NCBI GenBank assembly: GCA_036785375.1 | Contig: JAWMAR010000419.1 | Location: 558,001 to 622,000 of the forward strand | DNA: 64,000 nucleotides | Direction: 5' to 3' | Origin: Leucoraja ocellata | Lineage: Eukaryota | In this document: positions 53,955 through 64,000 of the stretch, one piece after another | Layout: the number at the start of each line of letters is the position of its first letter | How positions within the stretch are numbered: position 1 is the stretch's first letter | Translations under genes and position numbers: made by a program | Notes under the pieces: model-generated | Database searches by the model: none | The model's input: the letters and a program-made list of their open reading frames with translations, nothing else | What the model was told of the DNA's origin: nothing

Positions 53955-55885
53955 TGGTTCAAAGTGTCCTCTGCATAGTGGCGAGGCGGCTGACCAACTT
54001 CCTCTCCAGCAATGGTTACATCGACAGCTCAGTGTGACCCTGGAGTGGTGACCCAGCTCATCAGAGAAGCCAGGGAGAACAAGGGAGACCTGACAGTGCT
54101 CTGGCTTGACCTGGCCAACGCCTACGGCTCCATCCCGCACAAGCTGATCCAGACAGTCAAGGCCAAGCATCATGTGCCGGGCCAAGTGGCAGATCTCATC
54201 CTGGACTATTACAACCAGTTCAGCATGAGAGTCTCATCAGGGTCAGTAACATCAGAGTGACACAGACTGGAGGTTGGGATCATCACAGGCTGTACCATCT
54301 CTGTGATCCTTTTTGCCTTGGCGATGAACATGATCGTCAAGTCTGCTGAGCCAGAGTGTCGGGGCCCTCGGACCAAGTCAGGAATGCGCCAACCACCAAT
54401 CAGAGCCTTCATGGGCGACCTAACTGTCACCACTGAGTCAGTGCCAGGAGGCAGGTGGATCCTGCAGGGGTTGGAGAAACTGATTGGATACTCTGGCCAC
54501 TGCTTGTCTACGAAGTCCCAATATCCATCGTAGAGAGATTGGAGAGGAAAGTCAGCAGCTTTCTCAGAAGGTGGCTGAAACTGCCCAGGAGCCTAGCAGC
54601 ATCACTCTTTACGGAAATAACACCAAGCTCCAGCTGCCCCTGAAGCCCCTGGAGGAGGAGTTCAAGGTGACTCGGGCCAGAGAGGTGATGCTGTACAGGG
54701 ACTCCAGCGACCCCAAGGTGGCTCAAGCAGGGGTGGAGGTGAATACTGGGAGGAAGTGGAGAGCCGGCGAAGCCGCGCTGCAAGCAGAGTCCCGGATACG
54801 CCACAGAGTCCTGGTGGGAGCAGTGACTCGGGGAAGAGCAGGCCTGGGAATCTTCCCATCTCCCCAGTTTGACAAGGCCAAGGGGAAGGAGAGGCGCAGG
54901 CTGGAGGAGGAAAGGTGTACCAGAGCAGCAGGGAGCCTGGACAAGGTGGGAGCAGGCCATTGACCGAAAAGTCACATGGACTGAGCTCTGGCAGGCTGAA
55001 CCACAGTGCATCAAGTTCCTGGTCCAGGCAGTGTATGATGTCCTGCCCAGCCCATCGAACCTCTTCATCTAGGGCAAAGCAGAATCTCCAGATTGCCCGC
55101 AATGCTCAGGCAAGGTGACTTTGGAACACATCCTGAGCTGTTGTCCAAAGGCTCTTGGGCAGGGCCGGTACACATGGCGTCACGACCAGGTTCTCAAACC
55201 CCTTGCAGAAGCCATCAGCATGGGAATCAGCAGCTGCAGACGAGAACGCCCCACCACCCAGATGATCACCTTTGTGAAGGCCAGCGTGCAGTTGCCCAGA
55301 ACCACAGCAGCCAGGAATCTGTCAGGAATCCTGGCGACTGCGCAGGACTGGCAGCTTTCCGTAGACCTGGTGAAACAGCTGAAGTTCCCACAGCACATTG
55401 CCACGACCACCCTGAGGCCAGATATCCTCCTGGTCTCAGAGGCGACCAAAAACATCGTCTTGTTGGAACTGACAATGCCGTGGGAGGACCGTCTGGAGGA
55501 GGCCCACGAGAGGAATATGGCCAAATATGAAGAACTGGTCATAGACTGCCGCAAGCAGGGCTGGAAGGCAAGGTGTATGCCCAACGAGGTTGACTGCAGT
55601 GGTTTTGCAGGGCAATCGTTCTACAAAGCCTTGAGTGCACTGGGCATCAACGGAGTGGCGAGGAGAAGGGCCATCAAGAACACCACAGAGGCAGCGGAGA
55701 AGGCCTCGAGATGGCTCTGGATCAGGAGAGGAGGTCCATGGGGAGGAGCGAATGCCACCTGAACACAAGTCATGGTCTGATCAACCACGGCTGGGTCTCC
55801 TGGGTGAGGGTGTCTGATGTTGAAAGACCCGAAACACCCAATGACCCCAGGTTACATCACTGATGATGTGTTCAGGAGCATCTAT
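53955..55885 (+). mobile_element. HERO-like non-LTR retrotransposon with restriction-like endonuclease (5'-truncated, internally deleted)
   Basis: RT motifs LDLANAYGSIPH, GIITGCTIS, AFMGDL; CCHC CPQC..LEHILSCC; RHDQVL; RPDILL..ELTMPWE. Confidence 0.85.
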
Positions 55886-55898
55886 CGACAAGGCAAAG

Positions 55899-58420
55899 GC
55901 TTGCGACAAAGGCAAAGCAGTTATAATGGGTGACTTCAATCTACATGTAGATTGGGTGAATCAAATTGGCAGGGGTGCTGAGGAAGAGGATTTCTTGGAA
56001 TGTATGCGGGATAGTTATCTAAATCAACATGTAGAGGAACCAACGAGAGAGCTGGCTATTTTAGACAGGGTATTGAGTATTGAGGAAGGGTTAGTTAGTA
56101 GTCTTGTTGTGCGTGGCCCCTTGGGCAAGAGTGACCATAATATGGTTGAGTTCTTCATTAGGATGGAGAGTGACATTGTTAATTCAGAAACAATGGTTTT
56201 GAACTTAAAGAAAGGTAACTTTGAGGGTATGAGACGTGAATTGGCCAAGATTGACTGGCAATTAATTCTAAAAGGGTTGACGGTGGATATGCAATGGAAG
56301 GCATTTAAAGACTGCATGGATGAACTACAAAAATTGTTCATCCCAGTTTGGCAAAAGAATAAATCAGGGAAGGTAGTGCATCCATGGATAACAAGGGAAA
56401 TCAGGGATAGTATCAAAGCAAAGGATGATGCGTACAAACTAGCCAGAAAAAGCAGCATACCGGAGGACTGGGAGAAATTCAGAGACCAGCAGAGGAGGAC
56501 GAAGGGCTTAATTAGAAAAGGAAAAATGGATTATGAAAGAAAACTGGCAGGGAACATAAAAACTGACTGCAAAAGTTTTTATAGATATGTGAAAAGAAAG
56601 AGATTAGTTAAAACAAATGTAGGTCCCTTGCAGTCAGAAACAGGTGAGTTGATCATGGGGAACCAGGATATGACGGACCAATTGAATAACTACTTTGGTT
56701 CCATCTTCACTAAGGAAGACATAAATGATCTGCCGGAAATAGCAGGGGCCCGCGGGTCAAAGGAGGTGGAGGAATTGAGTGAAATCCAGGTTAGTTGGGA
56801 AGTGGTGTTGGGTAAATTGAATGGATTAAAGGCCGATAAATCCCCAGGGCCAGATAGGCTGCATCCCAGAGTACTTAAGGAAGTAGCTCCAGAAATAGTG
56901 GATGCATTAGTAATAATCTTCCAAAACTCTTTAGATTCTGGAGTAGTTCCAGAGGATTGGCGGGTAGCAAACGTAACCCCACTTTTTAAGAAGGGAGGGA
57001 GAGAGAAAACGGGGAATTACAGACCAGTTAGTCTAACATCGGTAGTGGGGAAACTGCTAGAGTCAGTTATTAAAGATGGGATAGCAGCACATTTGGAAAG
57101 TGGTGAAATCATTGGACAAAGTCAGCATGGATTTACGAAAGGTAAATCATGTCTGACGAATCTTATAGAATTTTTCGAGGATGTAACTAGTAGCGTGGAT
57201 AGGGGAGAACCAGTGGATGTGGTGTATCTGGACTTCCAGAAGGCTTTCGACAAGGTCCCACATAAGAGATTAGTATACAAACTTAAAGCACATGGCATTG
57301 GGGGTTCAGTACTGATGTGGATAGAGAACTGGCTGGCAAACAGGAAGCAAAGAGTAGGAGTAAACGGGTCCTTTTCACAATGGCAGGCAGTGACTAGTGG
57401 GGTTCCGCAAGGCTCAGTACTGGGACCCCAGCTATTTACAATATATATTAATGATCTGGATGAGGGAATTGAAGGCAATATCTCCAAGTTTGCGGATGAC
57501 ACTAAGCTGGGGGGCAGTGTTAGGTGTGAGGAGGATGCTAGGAGACTGCAAGGTGACTTGGATAGGCTGGGTGAGTGGGCAAATGTTTGGCAGATGCAGT
57601 ATAATGTGGATAAATGTGAGGTTATCCATTTTGGTGGCAAAAACGGGAAAGCAGACTATTATCTAAATGGTGGCCGATTGGGAAAGGGGGAGATGCAGCG
57701 AGACCTGGGTGTCATGGTACACCAGTCATTGAAGGTAGGCATGCAGGTGCAGCAGGCAGTAAAGAAAGCGAATGGTATGTTGGCTTTCATAGCAAGAGGA
57801 TTTGAGTATAGGAGCAGGGAGGTTCTACTGCAGTTGTACAGGGTCTTGGTGAGACCACACCTGGAGTATTGCGTGCAGTTTTGGTCTCCAAATCTGAGGA
57901 AGGACATTATTGCCATAGAGGGAGTGCAGAGAAGGTTCACCAGACTGATTCCTGGGATGTCAGGACTGTCTTATGAAGAAAGACTGGATAGACTTGGTTT
58001 ATACTCTCTAGAATTTAGGAGATTGAGAGGGGATCTTATAAAAACTTACAAAATTCTTAAGGGGTTGGACAGGCTAGATGCAGGAAGATTGTTCCCGATG
58101 TTAGGGAAGTCCTGGGCAAGGGGTCACAGCTTAATGATAAGGGGGAAATCCTTTAAAACCGAGATGAGGAGAACTTTTTTCACACAGAGAGTGGTGAATC
58201 TCTGGAACTCTCTGCCACAGAGGGTAGTTGAGGCCAGTTCATTGGCTATATTTAAGAGGGAGTTAGATGTGGCCCTTGTGGCCAAGGGGATCAGAGGGTA
58301 TGGAGAGAAGGCAGGTACGGGATACTGAGTTGGATGATCAGCCATGATCATATTGAATGGCGGTGCAGGCTCGAAGGGCCGAATGGCCTACTCCTGCACC
58401 TAATTTCTATGTTTCTATGT
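55899..58420 (+). mobile_element. CR1 LINE, 5'-truncated, ORF2 (APE C-term + RT) uninterrupted
   Basis: MGDFN, SDHN, YLDFQKAFDKVPH, GVPQGSVLGP, KFADDTK; ~810 open codons; (TTTCTATG)n tail. Confidence 0.95.
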
Positions 58421-58782
58421 ATTTGTATCAATCACTGTAATTATTATCATTAATCTTTGTTTTTCTTAACACGGTTACAAGCTTTTAAAGACATATATCT
58501 GAACCTCCAAATGGCTCTGCTATTTGATTCTATTTCAGTTTTAAAAGTGAGCACTTCTCTAATTACACTTGAAATTTTTGAATTATGAGTGGTATGATTC
58601 AAATCAAAATACAAGACCTTTAGCCCAACACTTCCGACAACTGGGTCAACCATCACAAAAACATGATTTCAGAAGAATGGTAACAATGTATCAGTACAAA
58701 CTCATTCCTTAAATGTGGCATCTAAATGTGGTACAACTTTACAAATATTACAATTAATGATTTATTCATAAATTCTACAAAC

Positions 58783-58986
58783 CATCAGCAGATCTTTGCC
58801 ATCTATGTCCAAATTGGGTAGTATCTTGCTGAAATCTTGTCTGCTCCACCGCGGAAAATTTGCTTTATAGTCAGGTAGTTGAGTAACTCCAGGCCACACA
58901 GACTCATTCGGTGTGCCAAGTGTGCGGAAAATTCTGAAAAGCTGGTCAATTTCAGAATCTCCAGGAAACAAAGGTTTTCTTGTAAC
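58783..58986 (-). CDS. CDK2: CDK2-like cyclin-dependent kinase, penultimate exon
   Basis: [68 protein letters not shown]; 204 nt, AG/GT; CDK2 vs CDK3 orthology not certain. Confidence 0.8.
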
Positions 58987-59496
58987 CTATAATTGAAAAA
59001 CATAATTGGAAGCATTGACTGTTGAAGGCCATTATTCATTTATAAAATTATTTTCCCTCCTTCTCCATTGAAAATGATTTATATTGCTATACAGTTCCAA
59101 AGGTTCCAAATAATTCTTTCTATTTGTCAGTAATTAATGTAATATAATATCTAACACCAGATCTGCCCTCACAATATCCATTAAGCATTTTGTTAGTTTT
59201 GTCACTAGATTACTACTATAGAGGAACCCCTGCCTTTTCTGCTCCCTTTCTAATCTAGCGATGTTAAGGCTAACGATAAGATCCCAAATTGCAAATCAAA
59301 TTAGCCTACGGGGAAAAAAAAGAAACATAGTTTTACTTCGCAGTCACGTGAGTGACTACGTGAAGACCCCGCCAGCACGCATGCGCGACATAGCGTCTCA
59401 CGCAGTGCAACAGCGACGGGCGGGAGAACGAGCTCTCCTGCAACAGAGTTTAAAACGGTACCTCTAGGTAAGTAAAACTTATTCTGAGGTCATATT

Positions 59497-60880
59497 TGTA
59501 AAATGGCTTACTGCACACACAAGTCTTTTACTGTAACTGTTTATTAAAGTAACTCTTTGGCACTATGCTGTAGCTGTCCGTGGTCATCACTGAAGCTAGA
59601 GAGCGAGCTAGAGGTGGGGACACTACAATTATACTGGAGACAATGGGGAGTGGTTAGTAATACGGGAGGTCACTATGGTTAAAGGAACATGCACTGATCT
59701 ACATCCTTCCTCTTAGAAACAAAAGCATGGCAGGTACTATACAGAGTGACCACGGCTCATACGCTACGAACACCAACCGCACCGGCAACAGTACAACACT
59801 ATGCGAGTTCCCCGTAGCGGACAGGCGGCCTGACCAGCCGGCCAGAGCGGGTGCGTAAACCGCCCTCCTCCTCATCGTCGGGAACAGAAGGGACAGCAGC
59901 CGGGGGATGGGCAGGAGAGGCGGGCAGAGGAGAACGCGGGGCTGCGGGCGGAGAAAGAGGCTTGGCAGGCGAGGTAGGTTTTGCGGGCGAAGCCGGCTTG
60001 ACAGGCGAGGCAGGGGAACGGGCGGACAGTTGTGAAGGTAGGGTGCGTGGCATGCGAGGTGTTGTCGGGGCGTGAGGGGCAACGGGAGGTCGAGAAGAGA
60101 TGGGGGGGTGAGAAGGATCCGCGGGAGGCAGAGTGGGCTCATTCACAAGGAGCAGGTGCTGGCGGGAGCGACGGTAGATAGCCCCCTCGTAGTCGACGAA
60201 GTAGGAGCGCGGAGAACCGGCGTCGCCGACTACGACGGCCAGGCGGTAGTGGCCAGTGGGGGACTGCATTCGGACAACCTGGCCCGGGAGCAGACGTGGA
60301 AGTAGCCGGGCGGATTTGTCGAAGGAGCGCTTCTGGGTCACCTGTTTTTTGACAATGCGCTCAGTGACAGTGGCAGGATTTTGTACTGAGGGCTTGAGGG
60401 ACTGCTGGGAGACCGGCAGGGGAGGTCTGGTGGTGTGAGACATAAGGCGCTGGGCAGGGGAACCGAGCGCGGGGTCGCGGGAAATGTTGCGGAGGTTAAG
60501 CAGGGCAAGGTGGAAATCAGCACGGAACAGGCGGCAGTGTTCCAGCAGCTCCTTGGCGCTACGTACGGCCCGCTCAGCAAGTCCGTTGCTCTGAGGATAC
60601 TCGGGGCTGCTGGTAATGTGGTGAAAGTTCCAACGGGCAGCAAAGGTTTTAAACTCGTCGCTGGAGAATTGGCTGTCGTTGTCGGACCGGAGGGTCACCG
60701 GGGAGCCGAAGGTGGAGAAGTGGCGGTGAAGCTTCCTGATGACAGCGGCAGAGGTGATGGAGGTCAGCTGGTCGACCTCGAAACAGCTGGAATAGGAGTC
60801 CACCAGGACCAGGAAGTACTTTCCGCACCACTCTACTAACGGGAGGTCACTATGGTTAAAGGAACATGCACTGATCTACA
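59497..60880 (-). mobile_element. Internally deleted Gypsy (Mag-like) LTR retrotransposon
   Basis: TG...CA 3' LTR 59497-59703 preceded by PPT AAGAGGAAGGA; integrase ORF 59799-60803 (SDN, YPQSNGLAERAV, TRSGRLVRPP); ~42-bp 5' LTR stub 60839-60880; TSD ATATT at 59492-96 and 60881-85. Confidence 0.92.
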
Positions 60881-60918
60881 ATATTTGAAAAACCCTTGTG
60901 CTCTGTTTCATAGAGAAC

Positions 60919-62094
60919 ATGGACAAGGGCAGGAAAACAAAGAAGTTCGCATCCCGTCCGACTGCCATGGCCCAGGAGGGTTCCAGCAGTGGGGGGGGGG
61001 GGGGGCGCCCGGCGGCACCTGGACCGCACTCGCTGCGGTCCACAGTCACCGACAAAATTTCTGTAGAGCCGAGCCCAACGCCGCAAGCTGCTCAGCTCGA
61101 ACCACCGCAGCGGGTTGGAGGCAAGGCAAAACAGAAGTTGGTCCGGCCGGTAGACTCCGATGAGCCCGGCATGGAAGACACACCGCCCGAGAGCGGCAAA
61201 GGTGACCGTTTGTCCCGCATGGAGCGGTTGATGGGGCAAATGCTCCTGCGGGACTTGCTCCGGGAGATTGGGCAAGCCCGCCAAGGGAGTGCAAGCACAC
61301 CCGCTACAGTGCAATATCCAGCACTGGCCATCGCATCTCCCTCAGCAGAGGGGAGCGTTGGTGACCAGGGCTGGGCTGGTCAAGAAGAGGGGTCTTTGGC
61401 TGAAGACAACAGCAGTATGCTGGGGGTGCAGGAACGGGAAGAGCTGCTGGGAGTGGTAAACCGCTACGCTGTAACACCGCGAGCGGGACAGCCGTTGCAG
61501 CCTAAACTGGCGGCTAGCATTGACTACCTGTCCTTCAACCCACTCCAAGAACAGGTAGTCAATGAGGCGTTGGAATTATACACGCCACCAGAGAATTGTA
61601 TTTCGCTCAATGTACCGGCCGTCAATAATCAAATCTGGGGGTACATTGGGTTGGGCATTCGAACCCAAGAACTAAAACTCCAAAAAATTCTGAAGCTCCT
61701 GACGTCAGCCATAACATCATATGCTTGTTCCGTGGATGGTGTCGAAATGACCAACAACCAACAAGACACCCTGGCTCTGCTGTGTAATACACAGTACGAA
61801 ATCAACAACCTACGGAAAGAAGCCATAAGACCTGCCCTCAATCCCAAATTTGCAGGGTTGTGCAAAACGCCGACCTCGCAACCACAAATCCTTCTATTTG
61901 GTAAAGACCTGCCAAAGCAGGTAAAAGATCTGGACGAGGAGTCTAAAGCACTTGGACTCATTAGGGCAGGCCCCGGAACGAACAATGCCACGCAACCCAG
62001 ACGGCAGCACCCCAACGCATCCACCAGTAGGCGTCTACATCATGGTACTGGTGAAAGCATGGGGCCCGCATATCATCCCGGAGTTCTTTTTTAG
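60919..62094 (+). CDS. DIRS gag-like ORF1
   Basis: ~390-aa open frame upstream of pol with PENC..L.VP.VN..IW and LLFG.DL motifs typical of DIRS gag. Confidence 0.7.
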   Translation: MDKGRKTKKFASRPTAMAQEGSSSGGGGGRPAAPGPHSLRSTVTDKISVEPSPTPQAAQLEPPQRVGGKAKQKLVRPVDSDEPGMEDTPPESGKGDRLSRMERLMGQMLLRDLLREIGQARQGSASTPATVQYPALAIASPSAEGSVGDQGWAGQEEGSLAEDNSSMLGVQEREELLGVVNRYAVTPRAGQPLQPKLAASIDYLSFNPLQEQVVNEALELYTPPENCISLNVPAVNNQIWGYIGLGIRTQELKLQKILKLLTSAITSYACSVDGVEMTNNQQDTLALLCNTQYEINNLRKEAIRPALNPKFAGLCKTPTSQPQILLFGKDLPKQVKDLDEESKALGLIRAGPGTNNATQPRRQHPNASTSRRLHHGTGESMGPAYHPGVLF

Positions 62095-62249
62095 GACAGG
62101 GCCCAGAGCGGACCCCATGGAAGATGCGCCAACCCCACACAGCAACACCGCGACAGATGAAGAGCCGGAAACCCAAGAAATGAATATTCTACCGGTAACA
62201 ATGGAGGTAGGTGGGACTGGTTCCTTCCAGAACATAAAAGGTGCAGGGC

Positions 62250-63815
62250 CTTTACTAACGGGGGGAAGGGTTACACCTGTTTTTGGAAGCATGGAGGGTT
62301 ATCACTCTCGACAATTATATACTACAAAGTATTCAGGGATACAAAATTGAGTTTGTTCAATAAAGTATGCTGCCAGTTCAGCATGCACCCCACAGGGAGT
62401 TTACCCTCTCACAAAAAGAAAAATGCGAGGAACAGGCAGAACTGGTGAGACTACATACAAAAGGAGTCATAGAGAAATCGGAACATGACCCTTTGGAATT
62501 TGTATCAAATATCTTTACAAAAACCAAAAGAGATGGTGGATGTCGCATCATCATTGACTTAACGGCATTGAATACTTTTGTCAAGTATATACATTTCAAA
62601 ATGGAAACATTTGTTATTGCCAAACAATTGATTTCCAGAGGATACTTCATGGCATGCATCGATTTAAAAGATGCATACTATTCAGTACCCATTCATAAGG
62701 ATCATCATAGATACCTAAAGTTTAACTGGATGGGGCAACTATGGCAGTATATAGCGTTGCCTAATGGGCTAACATCAGCTAACAAGACTATTTACCAAGA
62801 TATTAAAACCGGCCCTGGCAATACTAAGAAAACAAAAACATATTGTCATGGCATATCTTGATGATATTTTGATAGTGGGCAAAACCCTGGAATTAGCTAA
62901 ATCAGCAGTATTAGCTACCAAACATTTATTTGAAACTCTGGGGTTTGTCTTACATCCAGATAAATCTAAGTTGAAGCTATCCACAACTATGGACTATCTG
63001 GGATTCACAATTAACTCAGTCCACATGTCTGTAATGTTGCCAAAATAAAAAGCAGCAGAATTGGCACAAGCCTGCAACAAATTAATGATTGCCAATCAAC
63101 CAACTATTCGACAGGTGGCAAGAGTAATTGGGAAATTAGTAGCTGCATTTCCAGCTACCCAGCTTGGACCTTTGCATTACCAAAACTTACAAAGAGCAAA
63201 GGTGCAAGCGCTAAAACAACATGCAGGTCATTTTGATCGAACCATGAAATTACCAGCTAAAGCAATATCAGAATTGCAATGGTGGAAAGTGAACATTTGG
63301 CATAGTTCCAGCCCCATCATTATCAATAACCCAACATTCACGATACAAACAGATGCTAGTGCTCAAGGCTGGGGAGCAACTAACATTATATCTAGTACGG
63401 GTGGTAGATGGAACATACAAGAATCATCACTACTACAGACCCTGTGTATAAACTATTTGGAAATGTTGGGTGCGTTTTATGGGCTAAAAGCTTACTGTTC
63501 AGCTAAGCACCATTTGCATGTCCTCCTACAAATTGACAATACCACAGTGGTGGCCTATATTAATCATATGGGCGGGATAAAATCGATATCATGTGATAAT
63601 CTGGTCAACACAATCTGGCAATGGTGTATCGACAGACATAGTTGGCTATCAGCAACTTACCTACCAGGTAAGCTTAATACAGTGGCAGACACCAGGAAAA
63701 TTCAATGATAACACCGAATGGATGTTAAACCCCAAAGTATTTGCTGAAATTACAAAGCAATATGGAACACCAGATATCGACCTCTTCGCATCCCAACTGA
63801 ATCACCAGGTATCCT
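62250..63815 (+). pseudogene. DIRS pol (RT-RNaseH-MT), disrupted
   Basis: ORF pieces 62367-62861, 62848-63048, 63061-63708, 63593-63847 in shifting frames. Confidence 0.85.
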
Positions 63816-63819
63816 GGGA

Positions 63820-64000
63820 TTCTTGGGATGTCAGGACTTTCATATGAAGAAAGACTGGATAGACTCGGTTTGTACTCGCTAGAATTTAGAAGATTGAGGG
63901 GGGATCTTATAGAAACTTACAAAATTCTTATGGGGTTGGACAGGCTAGATGCAGGAAGATTGTTCCCGATGTTGGGGAAGTCCAGAACAAGGGGTCATAG
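63820..64000 (+). mobile_element. CR1 fragment truncating DIRS
   Basis: GMSGLSYEERLDRLG motif, runs off window. Confidence 0.9.

Larger units (their letters stand above)
59331..63815 (+). mobile_element. DIRS1-like tyrosine-recombinase retrotransposon (5' part; degenerate, cut by CR1)
   Basis: gag-like ORF 60919-62094; pol pieces GRLHLFLEAW, RT (IDLKDAYYSVP, YLDDIL), RNase H (TDASAQGWGA, INYLE, DNTT), methyltransferase-like PDIDLFAS; several stops/frameshifts; YR domain not seen in window. Confidence 0.88.

Overview
Vertebrate genomic DNA, almost certainly a cartilaginous fish (probably a skate or ray), judged from HE1/V-type tRNA SINEs, shark-type CR1 LINEs and abundant Penelope-derived fold-back repeats. 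Three spliced host genes are present. DNAJB11/ERdj3 is on the minus strand with 9 coding exons at 19693..5288; its last exon was not found and is presumably left of the window. TBCCD1 is on the plus strand, head-to-head with DNAJB11, with a complete 6-exon CDS at 29235..44035 (about 553 aa). The last two coding exons of a CDK2-like kinase are on the minus strand (58986..58783 and 50140..50036). The rest is densely nested mobile DNA: CR1 (one 5'-truncated copy with about 810 uninterrupted codons), Rex1, L1, a HERO-like RLE retrotransposon, an RTE head, Penelope pieces, non-autonomous Helitrons, MITEs, and a DIRS1-like retrotransposon carrying an internally deleted Gypsy. Most notable observations: (1) about 20 Penelope-derived repeats, many of them fold-backs, carry minimal hammerhead-ribozyme cores; (2) the DIRS gag/pol junction has an HIV-type UUUUUUA slippery site plus hairpin; (3) two ~850-bp GC-rich non-coding retroposons share one architecture; (4) a Helitron-borne TATA/donor cassette points at DNAJB11; (5) there are two probable GC-AG introns; (6) the CDK2-like gene lies in a neighbourhood unexpected from human synteny. 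All calls are by eye. Repeat boundaries are approximate unless TSDs are quoted.
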